Assembly: GCA_964228865.1 (NCBI GenBank)
Contig: CAXRAI010000016.1
Span: forward strand, 54,440-118,439
DNA from: Salinimicrobium sp.
GTDB lineage: Archaea > Thermoplasmatota > Poseidoniia > Poseidoniales > Poseidoniaceae
Reading direction: 5' to 3'
Length of the DNA stretch: 64,000 nt
The notes under the pieces are model-generated. The model made no database searches and was not told the origin of the DNA. It worked only from the letters and a program-made list of their open reading frames with translations. Shown here piece after piece: positions 32,774 to 41,600 of the stretch. A program made the position numbers and the translations under genes. Every line of letters begins with the position of its first letter. The stretch's first letter is position 1.

Positions 32774-33767
32774 CGCGTCCAAGCGCTTCGTAGTGCAGAG
32801 CTGCCGTGGACCAATCAGCACGCTCCTCGGCTTCGACCGCCGCCTCGAAGCGACGGCGGCGTTGCGCCCAATCGGCGGCGCGTCGACCGTCGGCGACCAA
32901 AGCACGACGGGCCTCGCGTTCGATGCGCTCACGTTCACCGCCATACCAACAACGGACCAATCCATCGCGGGTGGCCCCGAACAAGGTCTCTGCACCGTCC
33001 CCGTCAAGCAACAACACAGGGTCGCTCATCATCGCACCCTCATGCACCAATCCCCCGTCCGATGCACTCATGATTCGGCCATCAAGCTCGAGCAGCACCC
33101 ACCCTGTGGCCGTCCTGACGGCGGACGTGGGCTCGAGCACGTCGCTTTCGACGCGTTCGATGCGGTCCCAACCCGAAGCGCCGGGTACGCCCCTGTGCAG
33201 CATACCGTCTGGACCTCGCATGAGCATCCCATCACGGTCCAACGAAGAGACCCACGTCCAGCGTTCCTCTCCATAGGCCGCAAGGTCTTCTCCGCTGCCA
33301 ACGTGAACCAAGCGCAGCACGCCGTCATGGTCGTGAACGATGGCTTGATCCCGGTCCAGCCACCCGATCAAGGCACGGACAGGTGCACGCGAAACACGTG
33401 AGCGCCCTCGCCCCTCTTTCGTGAAGAGATGAAGGTCGCCCTCACGGCCCGAGGCGAGCCAGCCTCCACCAGGCCGTGCCACCAGAGCGGAGAAGCCACG
33501 GCTGACCGCACGCCCCTCGTTGACCGGTGTACCGTCGTCAAACCGGTGCACGGTGAAACCATGTGCGGCAAGGACACCGACATGAGCACCGGCCACGACG
33601 ACACGGTGGGGCGTGAACAGCAGGTCGTGGGTCCAGCGGTGCGCGCCGTCATCAGCCATCAGCGTCAATCGGCGCTCATGGCCAAGCATGCACCACCCTG
33701 AGCCGGCCACCAGCGAGGCCACTGGGCCCGTGATTTTGCTTGACCATGCTGGAGTCCATGCCATCAA
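32724..33767 (-). CDS. Beta-propeller-like (PQQ/WD40-type repeat) hypothetical protein with a C-terminal helical region
   Basis: Irregular repeats rich in G, D, W and H (DDGAHRW, GREGDLHLF, DHDGVLRLVHVG, DRDGMLMRG, LDGDGAETLF) are followed by an Arg/Glu/Ala-rich helical tail. Its start overlaps the upstream ATPase stop by 4 nt. Confidence 0.4.
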   Translation of the reverse strand: MMAWTPAWSSKITGPVASLVAGSGWCMLGHERRLTLMADDGAHRWTHDLLFTPHRVVVAGAHVGVLAAHGFTVHRFDDGTPVNEGRAVSRGFSALVARPGGGWLASGREGDLHLFTKEGRGRSRVSRAPVRALIGWLDRDQAIVHDHDGVLRLVHVGSGEDLAAYGEERWTWVSSLDRDGMLMRGPDGMLHRGVPGASGWDRIERVESDVLEPTSAVRTATGWVLLELDGRIMSASDGGLVHEGAMMSDPVLLLDGDGAETLFGATRDGLVRCWYGGERERIEREARRALVADGRRAADWAQRRRRFEAAVEAEERADWSTAALHYEALGRDDDVERVRRRGGLADD

Positions 33768-35440
33768 GCCTCACCTCCAAGCAAGGTCCACGCACGAAGC
33801 TGAGCACGCGCTCCAGCGGACAGCGTGAACACCCGCGATCGGCCGCGTTGTGCCACGTCCAAAACGCCGTCTTTGTGCAAGCCGTTGCACAATTGCGAGA
33901 GGCGAGCACGTTTCACCCCCAAACGCGCAAGGACACGGTTGTCCGATGGCGAGATTTCGCGATGGCTGGCCGCTTCGACAACCACGGCCTGCCCGGCGTT
34001 CAACTCCTTCAACGCCTGCACGCGAAGAGGACGGTGATGCAAGGCTCCGGCATGCGGCAGGCCCAGACGTGTGAGGGCTTCTGCCAAGCCATGCAACGGT
34101 GAGGGCGAGGTTGGAGGCATGCCTGCAATGGCACGCTCAAGCACCCGAATCACGTCTTCACCGAGGACCGGAGGCCCGCCTTGCGGACCTTGTGCATGGT
34201 CGGCATGCCCCTCATCCTGAGGTGGGAGTGCAGAAGAGGGGGCTGGAGCGGCGGTGTTGTCGGTGAAGACATACCCCTCGCCTTCGCTTGTTTCAGGCAC
34301 GTGCTCAGGTTCCTGTGCAGGTTCATCGTACCGAGGCGTGGCCTGTTGAGCGTTGCTTGCGTCAATGGATCGACGAGCGATGCGGCCGAAGGCTGAGGCC
34401 GGATCCACCCGGGAGACGAGCGGTTCACGGGGCGGTGGTGTTTCAAGCGGAGGCGTTGGTACTTCACGTGGCAGAGGTGCCTCGAACGGCCCAGAAGCGG
34501 CTTCCACTGGAGCGAAGTCTTCCATCCAGTTTGGGTCCGTCTCTTCACGGTCGTCGAGTTGCGGGCGAACGGGTGGCGGAGCGTCCAATTCCCGCGCACC
34601 CTCAAGGTCGTCCATGTCCAATTCAAGGCCGGTGGCGCCAGGTCCGGCTTCCCAGCCGTCCATCGAGGGCTCACGGTTCGCCAACTGAGGCGACGACACG
34701 GGTGGACGCGGGTCGTTGCGTTGGTGCGCCATGTATTGCTTGCTCATCTCGCCGAGCAACGGTCGAGGATACCGTGGAAGGGCGTGCAGGTGCTGCTCAA
34801 TCCACGAAGGATGCGGCCGCCACCCGAGTTGGTTTTCCCGGCGAACGCGCACGTCGATCATGGTCGCAATGTCCTCATCGCTGAACGGCTCAAGCCTGAA
34901 CTCCTCAAGGAAACGTGCCTCCAATGCAGGACCGAGACGGGCAGCATGCTCGGGTGTTGCAATCACCACGATCATGGCGTCAAGACGTTCCAGATACGAC
35001 ATGGATTTGGACAGGATGAAGGGGAGATCTTCCCCGTCGAGGGGGGGCAGGTCGAGCACAATCAGGGCTTGACCAAGGTCCCTACGCAGCGTTTGGATGA
35101 GCATTTCTGTGGCCTGGCTCGGACCCAAAGGTGGCTCACCGCCGATCATTCCAGCGTGAATTTGAGCCATCAGGTCTGCAGCAGGCTCCTGTGCGTTCAC
35201 ATCAACCACGTGAACGGCGCGTTGCAAATTTCCCCTCAGCACACGCATCAGCGACGTTCGCCCGGATCCTGATGGCCCGGTGAGCAGCAGCAAGCGTGCA
35301 TCGTTCCCCTTGTGGAGGTACCACTTGAGGTGTTCAAGCACCTTGTCACGGCCAACCAAGAGGTCCGTATCGCTCGCTTCCAAGGGCTTTCGCCCGAAGG
35401 GGTTCCTGTCCACGGAGGGAAAACCCTCGGAAGGCATCAT
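33764..35440 (-). CDS. Archaeal-ATPase-family (Arch_ATPase/AAA) P-loop NTPase with a long disordered Pro/Glu-rich insertion and a C-terminal winged HTH
   Basis: LLVGRDKVLEHL...LLLLTGPSGSGRTSLMRVL is Walker A and LIVLDLPPLDGE is Walker B-like. A low-complexity region of about 180 aa (PPVRPQLDDREETDPNW...PPLETPPPREP) follows. The C-terminal wHTH is LARLGVKRARLSQLCNGLHKDGVLDVAQRGRSRVFTLS. The track start is TTG and the gene was trimmed to the first ATG. Confidence 0.6.
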   Translation of the reverse strand: MMPSEGFPSVDRNPFGRKPLEASDTDLLVGRDKVLEHLKWYLHKGNDARLLLLTGPSGSGRTSLMRVLRGNLQRAVHVVDVNAQEPAADLMAQIHAGMIGGEPPLGPSQATEMLIQTLRRDLGQALIVLDLPPLDGEDLPFILSKSMSYLERLDAMIVVIATPEHAARLGPALEARFLEEFRLEPFSDEDIATMIDVRVRRENQLGWRPHPSWIEQHLHALPRYPRPLLGEMSKQYMAHQRNDPRPPVSSPQLANREPSMDGWEAGPGATGLELDMDDLEGARELDAPPPVRPQLDDREETDPNWMEDFAPVEAASGPFEAPLPREVPTPPLETPPPREPLVSRVDPASAFGRIARRSIDASNAQQATPRYDEPAQEPEHVPETSEGEGYVFTDNTAAPAPSSALPPQDEGHADHAQGPQGGPPVLGEDVIRVLERAIAGMPPTSPSPLHGLAEALTRLGLPHAGALHHRPLRVQALKELNAGQAVVVEAASHREISPSDNRVLARLGVKRARLSQLCNGLHKDGVLDVAQRGRSRVFTLSAGARAQLRAWTLLGGEA

Positions 35441-35494
35441 GCTCGGCGCCAACAAAAACCGGGTATATCATGCTTCACCGGATGAAGGCCGCCC

Positions 35495-35610
35495 CCCGAC
35501 ACGTTACGTACCGTTAACCGCATGGCCGAGGCCCATTTTTCGACCTCCTCTAACGGGTGCTAACGCTTTGCTAACGCCTCAGTAACATGTTAGTGGAGCG
35601 TTAATTCCCC
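35495..35610. promoter_or_regulatory. Repeat/palindrome array of TAACG/CGTTA half-sites in the divergent promoter region between the Arch_ATPase gene and hmgA
   Basis: Three direct CTAACG repeats occur at roughly 10-11 bp spacing (35549, 35559, 35570). A perfect palindrome TAACATGTTA lies at about 35582-35591, TACGTA and GTTAAC palindromes at 35504-35517, and CGTTAA at about 35598. The arrangement looks like an operator array rather than an archaeal TATA/BRE. Confidence 0.3.
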
Positions 35611-35646
35611 CGGTGGGTTCATGCTCCATCGGGACTGCCGCACATC

Positions 35647-36948
35647 ATGCCCGCACGGAGCAGCCGCCTCTCGGGATTTTACCGGCTGACGGTCGAGGAG
35701 CGTCGGCAGGCCCTCCTGGAGGTCACAGACCTCAGTCAGGAAGCAGTGGAGGCCTTGGCGTCGGCTGAGGTCCTGAGCGAAGAAGCCGCAGACCACATGA
35801 TCGAGAACGTCGTTGGTCGGTTTGTTTTGCCCGTCGGGTTGGCCACGAATTTCATTGTCGATGGCGAGGAGTACCTCATTCCTTTCGTCCTCGAAGAATC
35901 CAGCGTGGTGGCTGCAGCCTCCAACATGGCGCGCCGTTGCAGGGCCACAGGAGGATTCGTGAGCAAGAACGACCCGCCCATCATGATCGCGCAGGTCCAA
36001 GTGCTCGATGTCACCGACCTCGATGCGGCCGAGGCTGCCGTTTTGGGTGCTGAAGAAGAACTGATGCGCATGTGCAACGATCGCCCGTCAACCATGATCA
36101 AACTCGGAGGTGGCCTGAAGCGCTTGACGTGCCACCGAATTCCCACAGAACTGGGCACGATGTTTGTGGTGCACCTCCACGTCGATGTCAGGGACGCCAT
36201 GGGTGCCAATGCGGTCAACACCATGGCTGAATTGATTGCACCACGGATCGAATCGCTCACCGGCGGGCGTGTCCTGCTTCGAATCCTGTCCAACCTGGCC
36301 ACTGAACGCATGGCGCGGGTCGAGGCCCGCTTTAGCCCAGAAGCCATGTCCGATGACGGCGATGCAGCGCAGGGCGCTGAAATCATATCAGGCATCATCG
36401 AAGCCTACCATTTCGCAGCCTCTGACCCTTACCGAGCAGCCACACACAACAAGGGCGTCATGAACGCCATCAGTGCAGTAGCGATTGCCTGTGGACAGGA
36501 TTGGCGGGCGATTGAAGCAGGATGCCACGCTTGGGCTGCCGTTCGAACGGGCCGCTATGCATCGATGACCGAATGGGACATCGACGAAGAGGGATACCTC
36601 GTTGGGCGCCTTGAAACTCCGATGGCGGTGGGCACGGTCGGGGGGGCCAGCAGGGTGCATCCAACCGCCAGGGCTTGCCTCGAACTCCTCGGCATCGATT
36701 CGGCAGATCGCCTCGCGGCCGTCATGGCCGCCTCCGGCCTCGCTCAGAACCTTGGGGCACTGCGTGCTTTGTCGACCAGCGGCATCCAAGCCGGACACAT
36801 GCGCCTGCACGCGCGAAACATGGCCGTGAGCGCGGGAGCAAGCGGACCTGAAATCGATGAGGTGGCCTCGCGCTTGGCCTCTTGGGAAGGGCCGCGGACG
36901 CAAACCACGGCCGAAGAAATCCTTGCCATGCTCAGGCAGGACGGCTGA
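35647..36948 (+). CDS. hmgA: HMG-CoA reductase, class II (bacterial/Thermoplasma/Archaeoglobus type)
   Basis: The 433-aa product has ENVVGRFVLPVGLATNFIVDGEEYLIPFVLEESSVVAAASNMAR and DAMGAN, the class-II signatures. Its length is also typical of class II. Confidence 0.85.
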   Translation: MPARSSRLSGFYRLTVEERRQALLEVTDLSQEAVEALASAEVLSEEAADHMIENVVGRFVLPVGLATNFIVDGEEYLIPFVLEESSVVAAASNMARRCRATGGFVSKNDPPIMIAQVQVLDVTDLDAAEAAVLGAEEELMRMCNDRPSTMIKLGGGLKRLTCHRIPTELGTMFVVHLHVDVRDAMGANAVNTMAELIAPRIESLTGGRVLLRILSNLATERMARVEARFSPEAMSDDGDAAQGAEIISGIIEAYHFAASDPYRAATHNKGVMNAISAVAIACGQDWRAIEAGCHAWAAVRTGRYASMTEWDIDEEGYLVGRLETPMAVGTVGGASRVHPTARACLELLGIDSADRLAAVMAASGLAQNLGALRALSTSGIQAGHMRLHARNMAVSAGASGPEIDEVASRLASWEGPRTQTTAEEILAMLRQDG

Positions 36949-37551
36949 TCACTCATCTTCGCCTACAGGCAGCACAGCTTGGACCGTCCCGTCCACCTGC
37001 TCCTCCTCCACGACCACGCTGCCCAGGACATCGTCGAGAATGCCTGATTCCGCCACTTGCTCGCGGAACCATGCTCGAACCTTCGACCGGTCGGTGTGCG
37101 GGCAACCAAAGACCTCTGAGAACCGACGCGTGGTCGAAAGACGTCGCGTGTTCCCGTCCCTTCGACGCTGAATCATGCCGGCTTGAGCAAGTTCGCGCAC
37201 GTGGTCGTAGGCCCGCTGACCAAGCATGTCGACCAAACGCGATTGAGGCATGGGCTGGTGGTACGCGATAAGGGAGGCTGCCTTGAGCAAACGAGGAGGA
37301 AGGTCCGTCTTGGTTTCACGTGGAAGATGTGCGGCCACCTTCGGCTTGACTTCCATGGCCCAGCGGCCGCCAACCTCAGCAAGGTGCAGGGCCCCTCTGC
37401 GGCGCTTCAACGCCCCTTGGAGCTGTTCCAAAGCCGCACTGACCTCATCGGCTTCGTACCCCAAGGTTTCCGCGAGTTCCTTCACCGAAAGGGATCGACC
37501 GGCGGCGAACAATTGAGCCTCAAGCAGGAGTTCCAGGGGCGTCTCCGTCAT
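36949..37551 (-). CDS. scpB: Segregation and condensation protein B
   Basis: LEAQLFAAGRSLSVKELAE is the N-terminal wHTH followed by a second wHTH, giving about 200 aa. The gene lies directly downstream of scpA. Confidence 0.85.
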   Translation of the reverse strand: MTETPLELLLEAQLFAAGRSLSVKELAETLGYEADEVSAALEQLQGALKRRRGALHLAEVGGRWAMEVKPKVAAHLPRETKTDLPPRLLKAASLIAYHQPMPQSRLVDMLGQRAYDHVRELAQAGMIQRRRDGNTRRLSTTRRFSEVFGCPHTDRSKVRAWFREQVAESGILDDVLGSVVVEEEQVDGTVQAVLPVGEDE

Positions 37552-37560
37552 CTGACCACC

Positions 37561-38679
37561 TCACTCAACCAACCACGAGTCCGTCGTGTCTTCTTGCTCT
37601 GCCAACACCGCAGCCGACGCTTCTTCGAGCGCCGCCGCCTCGCCAGCACGTTGAATCAAGCCCTTCGTGGCACGACCGGTTTCCTCGGCCTCCACGCGCT
37701 CAAGGTGTGCCCTGACCTCCTGATAGGTGCCGATCTCCGGCCAAAGGTCGACCACATGGATGGGGCCAGAGGGAACCACGTCTTGCACCACGTCAGCGAC
37801 GCGACGGTGAACAAGGAAAAGACCGGCAATGAAGGCCGCCACGTTGGCTTCAGTTCGTCCTCCGAGGCTGGCTGCTGCTTCCGGGTCCATTTCCTCCAGG
37901 CGACGGACGACGTCCAGCAAGGGAACCTTCGCAACTCCGTTGGCCACGACGACGGCCCGAAGCGCATTCCAGCATCGCTCGATGTCGCCTTCGAGGTCTT
38001 CGTCATGCATGCGTCCCCCGACGTCCTCAAGGTGAGCCTTCAGCTCAGCCGCTGCGGCCTCCCTGACGCGTTCGCGCTCCTGCAATGCTTCTGCATCATC
38101 GGCCGCGTCCTTGAACGCGGCGAGAAGTTCACCAAGCGTGGTCGGCCGTCCCTCAGGCCGCCTTAGCCTGCCGTCGAACAACGACGGCAGGGTCGCATCG
38201 GCCTCACCCTGCAGCACCGTGGTCGTGAACGCAAAGGCTTCGTCGTCCACTTCAAGCTCCCAACCAAAGTCATGGTCGAACTCCATCTCGTCCTCATCGA
38301 TGTCCATGGTCGTGGCCCGGTCGTAGACCCCCAAGGTTTGCTCGTGGAGGACTTCCCAAGCCAGACGAATCAAGCGACCGCATGCGGGAAGGTCGACACG
38401 ATCGGCTTCGGTGCGCACACGTTCTGTGAAGATCTCGAGGAAGGCTTCCAAATCGATGTCCCATGCGTTGAGCCCCTCTTCACGGACCAACGACAGGACA
38501 AGGGCGATGGAACGGTCGATGGGGTCGCTCAGGGCCTGATGTTCAGCCCCATCGTGTGCGGCGATGCGCATGATGCGGTCGCCGAAGGCAAGGGCTTCTT
38601 CGTTCTCGCTTCCAGTTGACAGGAGACGCTCGACGATGTCCTGCCGCAGGAACCATCCGTCGAGGGCCATTTGTTGCAT
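37561..38679 (-). CDS. scpA: Segregation and condensation protein A (kleisin)
   Basis: This ScpA-family protein is about 372 aa, sits immediately downstream of smc with a 9-nt gap, and has an acidic C-terminus. Confidence 0.85.
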   Translation of the reverse strand: MQQMALDGWFLRQDIVERLLSTGSENEEALAFGDRIMRIAAHDGAEHQALSDPIDRSIALVLSLVREEGLNAWDIDLEAFLEIFTERVRTEADRVDLPACGRLIRLAWEVLHEQTLGVYDRATTMDIDEDEMEFDHDFGWELEVDDEAFAFTTTVLQGEADATLPSLFDGRLRRPEGRPTTLGELLAAFKDAADDAEALQERERVREAAAAELKAHLEDVGGRMHDEDLEGDIERCWNALRAVVVANGVAKVPLLDVVRRLEEMDPEAAASLGGRTEANVAAFIAGLFLVHRRVADVVQDVVPSGPIHVVDLWPEIGTYQEVRAHLERVEAEETGRATKGLIQRAGEAAALEEASAAVLAEQEDTTDSWLVE

Positions 38680-38688
38680 CGGACCACC

Positions 38689-41600
38689 TCACTCCTCATC
38701 GGGTGCTTCGACGAGCACGGCATCCTCAGGTGCTTCCTCTGCGACATCGTCCAACTCGGCCTCGCGCACGGCCTCAAGGTGCTCGCGGACCTCTGCTTCT
38801 TCATCGGCGGACTCGTCGGCTCGCGCCATCAGCCCCTCGAGGCTCTTGGGGGTGCCAAGCGACTCGGGGACCTCCGGCATGGCGTTCTGGAACGCCACGG
38901 CTTCTCCGGCGCGATCGGCATTCTTTGCCGCGTCCGCCGCCGCTGCTTCTTCGGCCGCTTCGCCAAGTTCCAGCGCACGCTGCCGGTTGAAGTCCATGAT
39001 TCGACGGCTGCAGCCGTCGCCACCGTGCGTGACGCCGATGTGGTGATCGGCCAAACTCAGGCTCACCTTGCGCAAGGTGACCATGATGAATTGCGCCCGT
39101 TCTGAACGCGCTCTGCACATCTCGGCGATGAGACGCGCGTTGTCCGAGTCGAGGTTCTGATCCACTTCGTCGAAATAGTAGAATGGACTTGGGTCGTAAT
39201 CCTGGATGGCGAAGATGAGGGCAAGGGCCGCCATCGATTGCTCGCCTCCGGACAAGCCTTGCAAACGGCAACGGCTCGATTTTCCACGTGGGCGCGCCCA
39301 CATGTCCAATCCGCCGGAGAAGGGCTGCTCAGGATTCTCAAGGAAGAGTTCACCCTCGCCACCCTTGGAGAGGGTCTTGTAGACCCGCTTGAAGTTCTCA
39401 TTCACCTTGGAGAGGACTTGCGTCAACCGAACCGTGCGTTGTTGGTCGAGTTGTTCGGCCAAATCCAACAGGTCCTGACGGCGCCCCTTCAACACGTCAT
39501 GATCGGCGCTGAGGGAAGCAAGACGCTCCTCACACGCAGCATGTTGTTCGATGGCACGCCAGTTGACCGAACCGATGTCCTCGATCTTCCGTTCGAGTCG
39601 CCGAACGGTGCGCTCTCCATCGGCCACGGTGGGCAAGGGCGCCTCGTCTTCGACGGTTTCAGGCACACCCTCTTCGACCATGGAAGAGCGGATTTCGAGG
39701 AGGTGTGATTCACTGGTGGACAACAAGCGCCGCAATTCCTCAGCGTGCTGGCGACGTGAACGGGCGTCGGATGCCTTTTGCTCCGATGCGGCGCGGAGGG
39801 CGCTTCGCTCATCCACAAGGCGGATTCGTTCGTCCTCGAGCCCTTGGTGTTCCTCCAAATGGGAGCGGCGTTCCTCTTCTTTCTCGGTCAAGACGGCACG
39901 GTTTTCCGCCATTGAACGCTCGAGTTTTGCCCGCTCTGTGGCTCGGGTTGCAGCCTCTGAAGCCAACACGTCCAGGCGGCCGGTGAGGTCTTCCACGTTG
40001 CCGTACAGCAGCGCGTGACGCTCCTTCCCAGACCGAATGGTGGCCTCGTTGCTTTGGAGGTCGGCTTCCGCGGTGGCTTTGGCCAGTTCGGCCGTGTGAA
40101 GGCGTTCCTTGAGGTGCGTCGGGCTGGCGTCCTGGAGCTTCTGGTTGGCCTCATCCCGTGCTTCGATGGCGGTGGTCAACCGCTGTTGGGCCTGTGACCG
40201 AAGGGCAAGGTGACGACGTCCCTCTTGGTCAAAGGCGTCCAAACGCTTGACCAAGTCAGCCAAGTTGCCCTCTTCCTTGCCCAAAGCGGTCTTTGCAGCA
40301 GCGTGAGCGCTTCGCCAAGAGGCCAACTTGGAAGCGGCATCGTTGTTGGCGAGGTCGCCCAAACGACGCCTGACTTCGCCTTGTGCCTCACGGGCTTCGC
40401 GAACCTTAGCAGCGACGCCCTCGGACATCATCCGCAAACGCTCCACCTCTTTCGACAGGCGATCGACTTCGCTCGCGCCCTGGATTTTCCCTCCAAAGGA
40501 AATGCGGGAACGTCGAGGAGAGCCTCCGGTCATGGCGCCGCCGGCCTCGGCCACGCTTCCATCAAGGGTGATGAGTCGCACGCCGCCCATGTTCGCACGG
40601 GCGGTGGCCATCGTATCGACCACAAGCGTGTTCCGAAGGACGAAGCGAACCGCAGCGTCGATGCGCGGGTCATGCTCCAGCAAATCGTGAGCGAAACCAA
40701 TGACGCCGGGTTGACGGGCGACCATGACCGCCCGACCTGCTGGCCGACCGGCGTTGATCTTGTTCAACGGCAAGAAGGTCGCACGACCAGCGTTGTTGTT
40801 CTTGAGCCAGCGAATGGCCTTCGCTGCGACTTCGTCGGTTTCCACCACCACGGACATCATCCCACCGCCGATGGCGGTGGAGAGCGCCGTTGAATGGGCT
40901 TCATCCTTCGGCGCACAAAGTTCCGCGATGGTGCCGAAGATGCCGTCGAGTTCACCGGAATCGCGGGCGCCGAGCACCGCTGCAGCACCGCCGGTGAGCC
41001 CAGATGACCCAGAATTGGATTCCATGGCCGCTCGAGCGCGTGCCAGTTGCCGTTCCACGTCACGCAGCCGTGTTTCAACCGCGTTGGCTTCCTCCACCAG
41101 CGTGGACTCTTTTCGCTGAGCTGCGGTCAAATCACGGGCGAGGCTTTCTCGATCGGTGCCCTCGGCCATCGCCTTGATTTCCTCGCCCTGAAGTTCGCTC
41201 TCAGCGACCTGCATCTTGGCACCAGCCAAAGCCTCCTCGGCTTTCTGACGTTCCTCAAGAAGCAATTCACCGGCCGTTGCGGAACGGTCAACGTCCGATT
41301 GTGCGTTGGCCAAAGCCGCTCGGGCATGGTCGATTTCCTCCTCGCAGGACTGAACCGTTCGAGCCAGTTCAGCCACGTCACTGGTCGAGCCTTCCAGTGC
41401 GTCACGGACAGAGGCTTCTTCCGCGGAGGCTGCGGCCAGCGCCTCTTTGGCCGCTTTGAGCGCATCTTCGGCACCCTGCACCTCGGAAGCAGCGTGCTCT
41501 GCGGCCGTCGAGGCTTCTTCCAAATCGACCTCCAAACGGGCGCGCATTCCCGCGTCCCCCTCGTCCCGAGTTGCCATGTCTGAGAGACGGTCTGCGGCGG

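Noticed and set aside
32793-33401. Plus-strand 202-aa ORF antisense to the beta-propeller gene
   Set aside because: The translation is low-complexity and Arg/His/Pro-rich with no repeats or domains. The minus-strand frame has a repeat structure and overlaps its neighbours in a manner consistent with translational coupling. The minus gene itself is kept only at low confidence.
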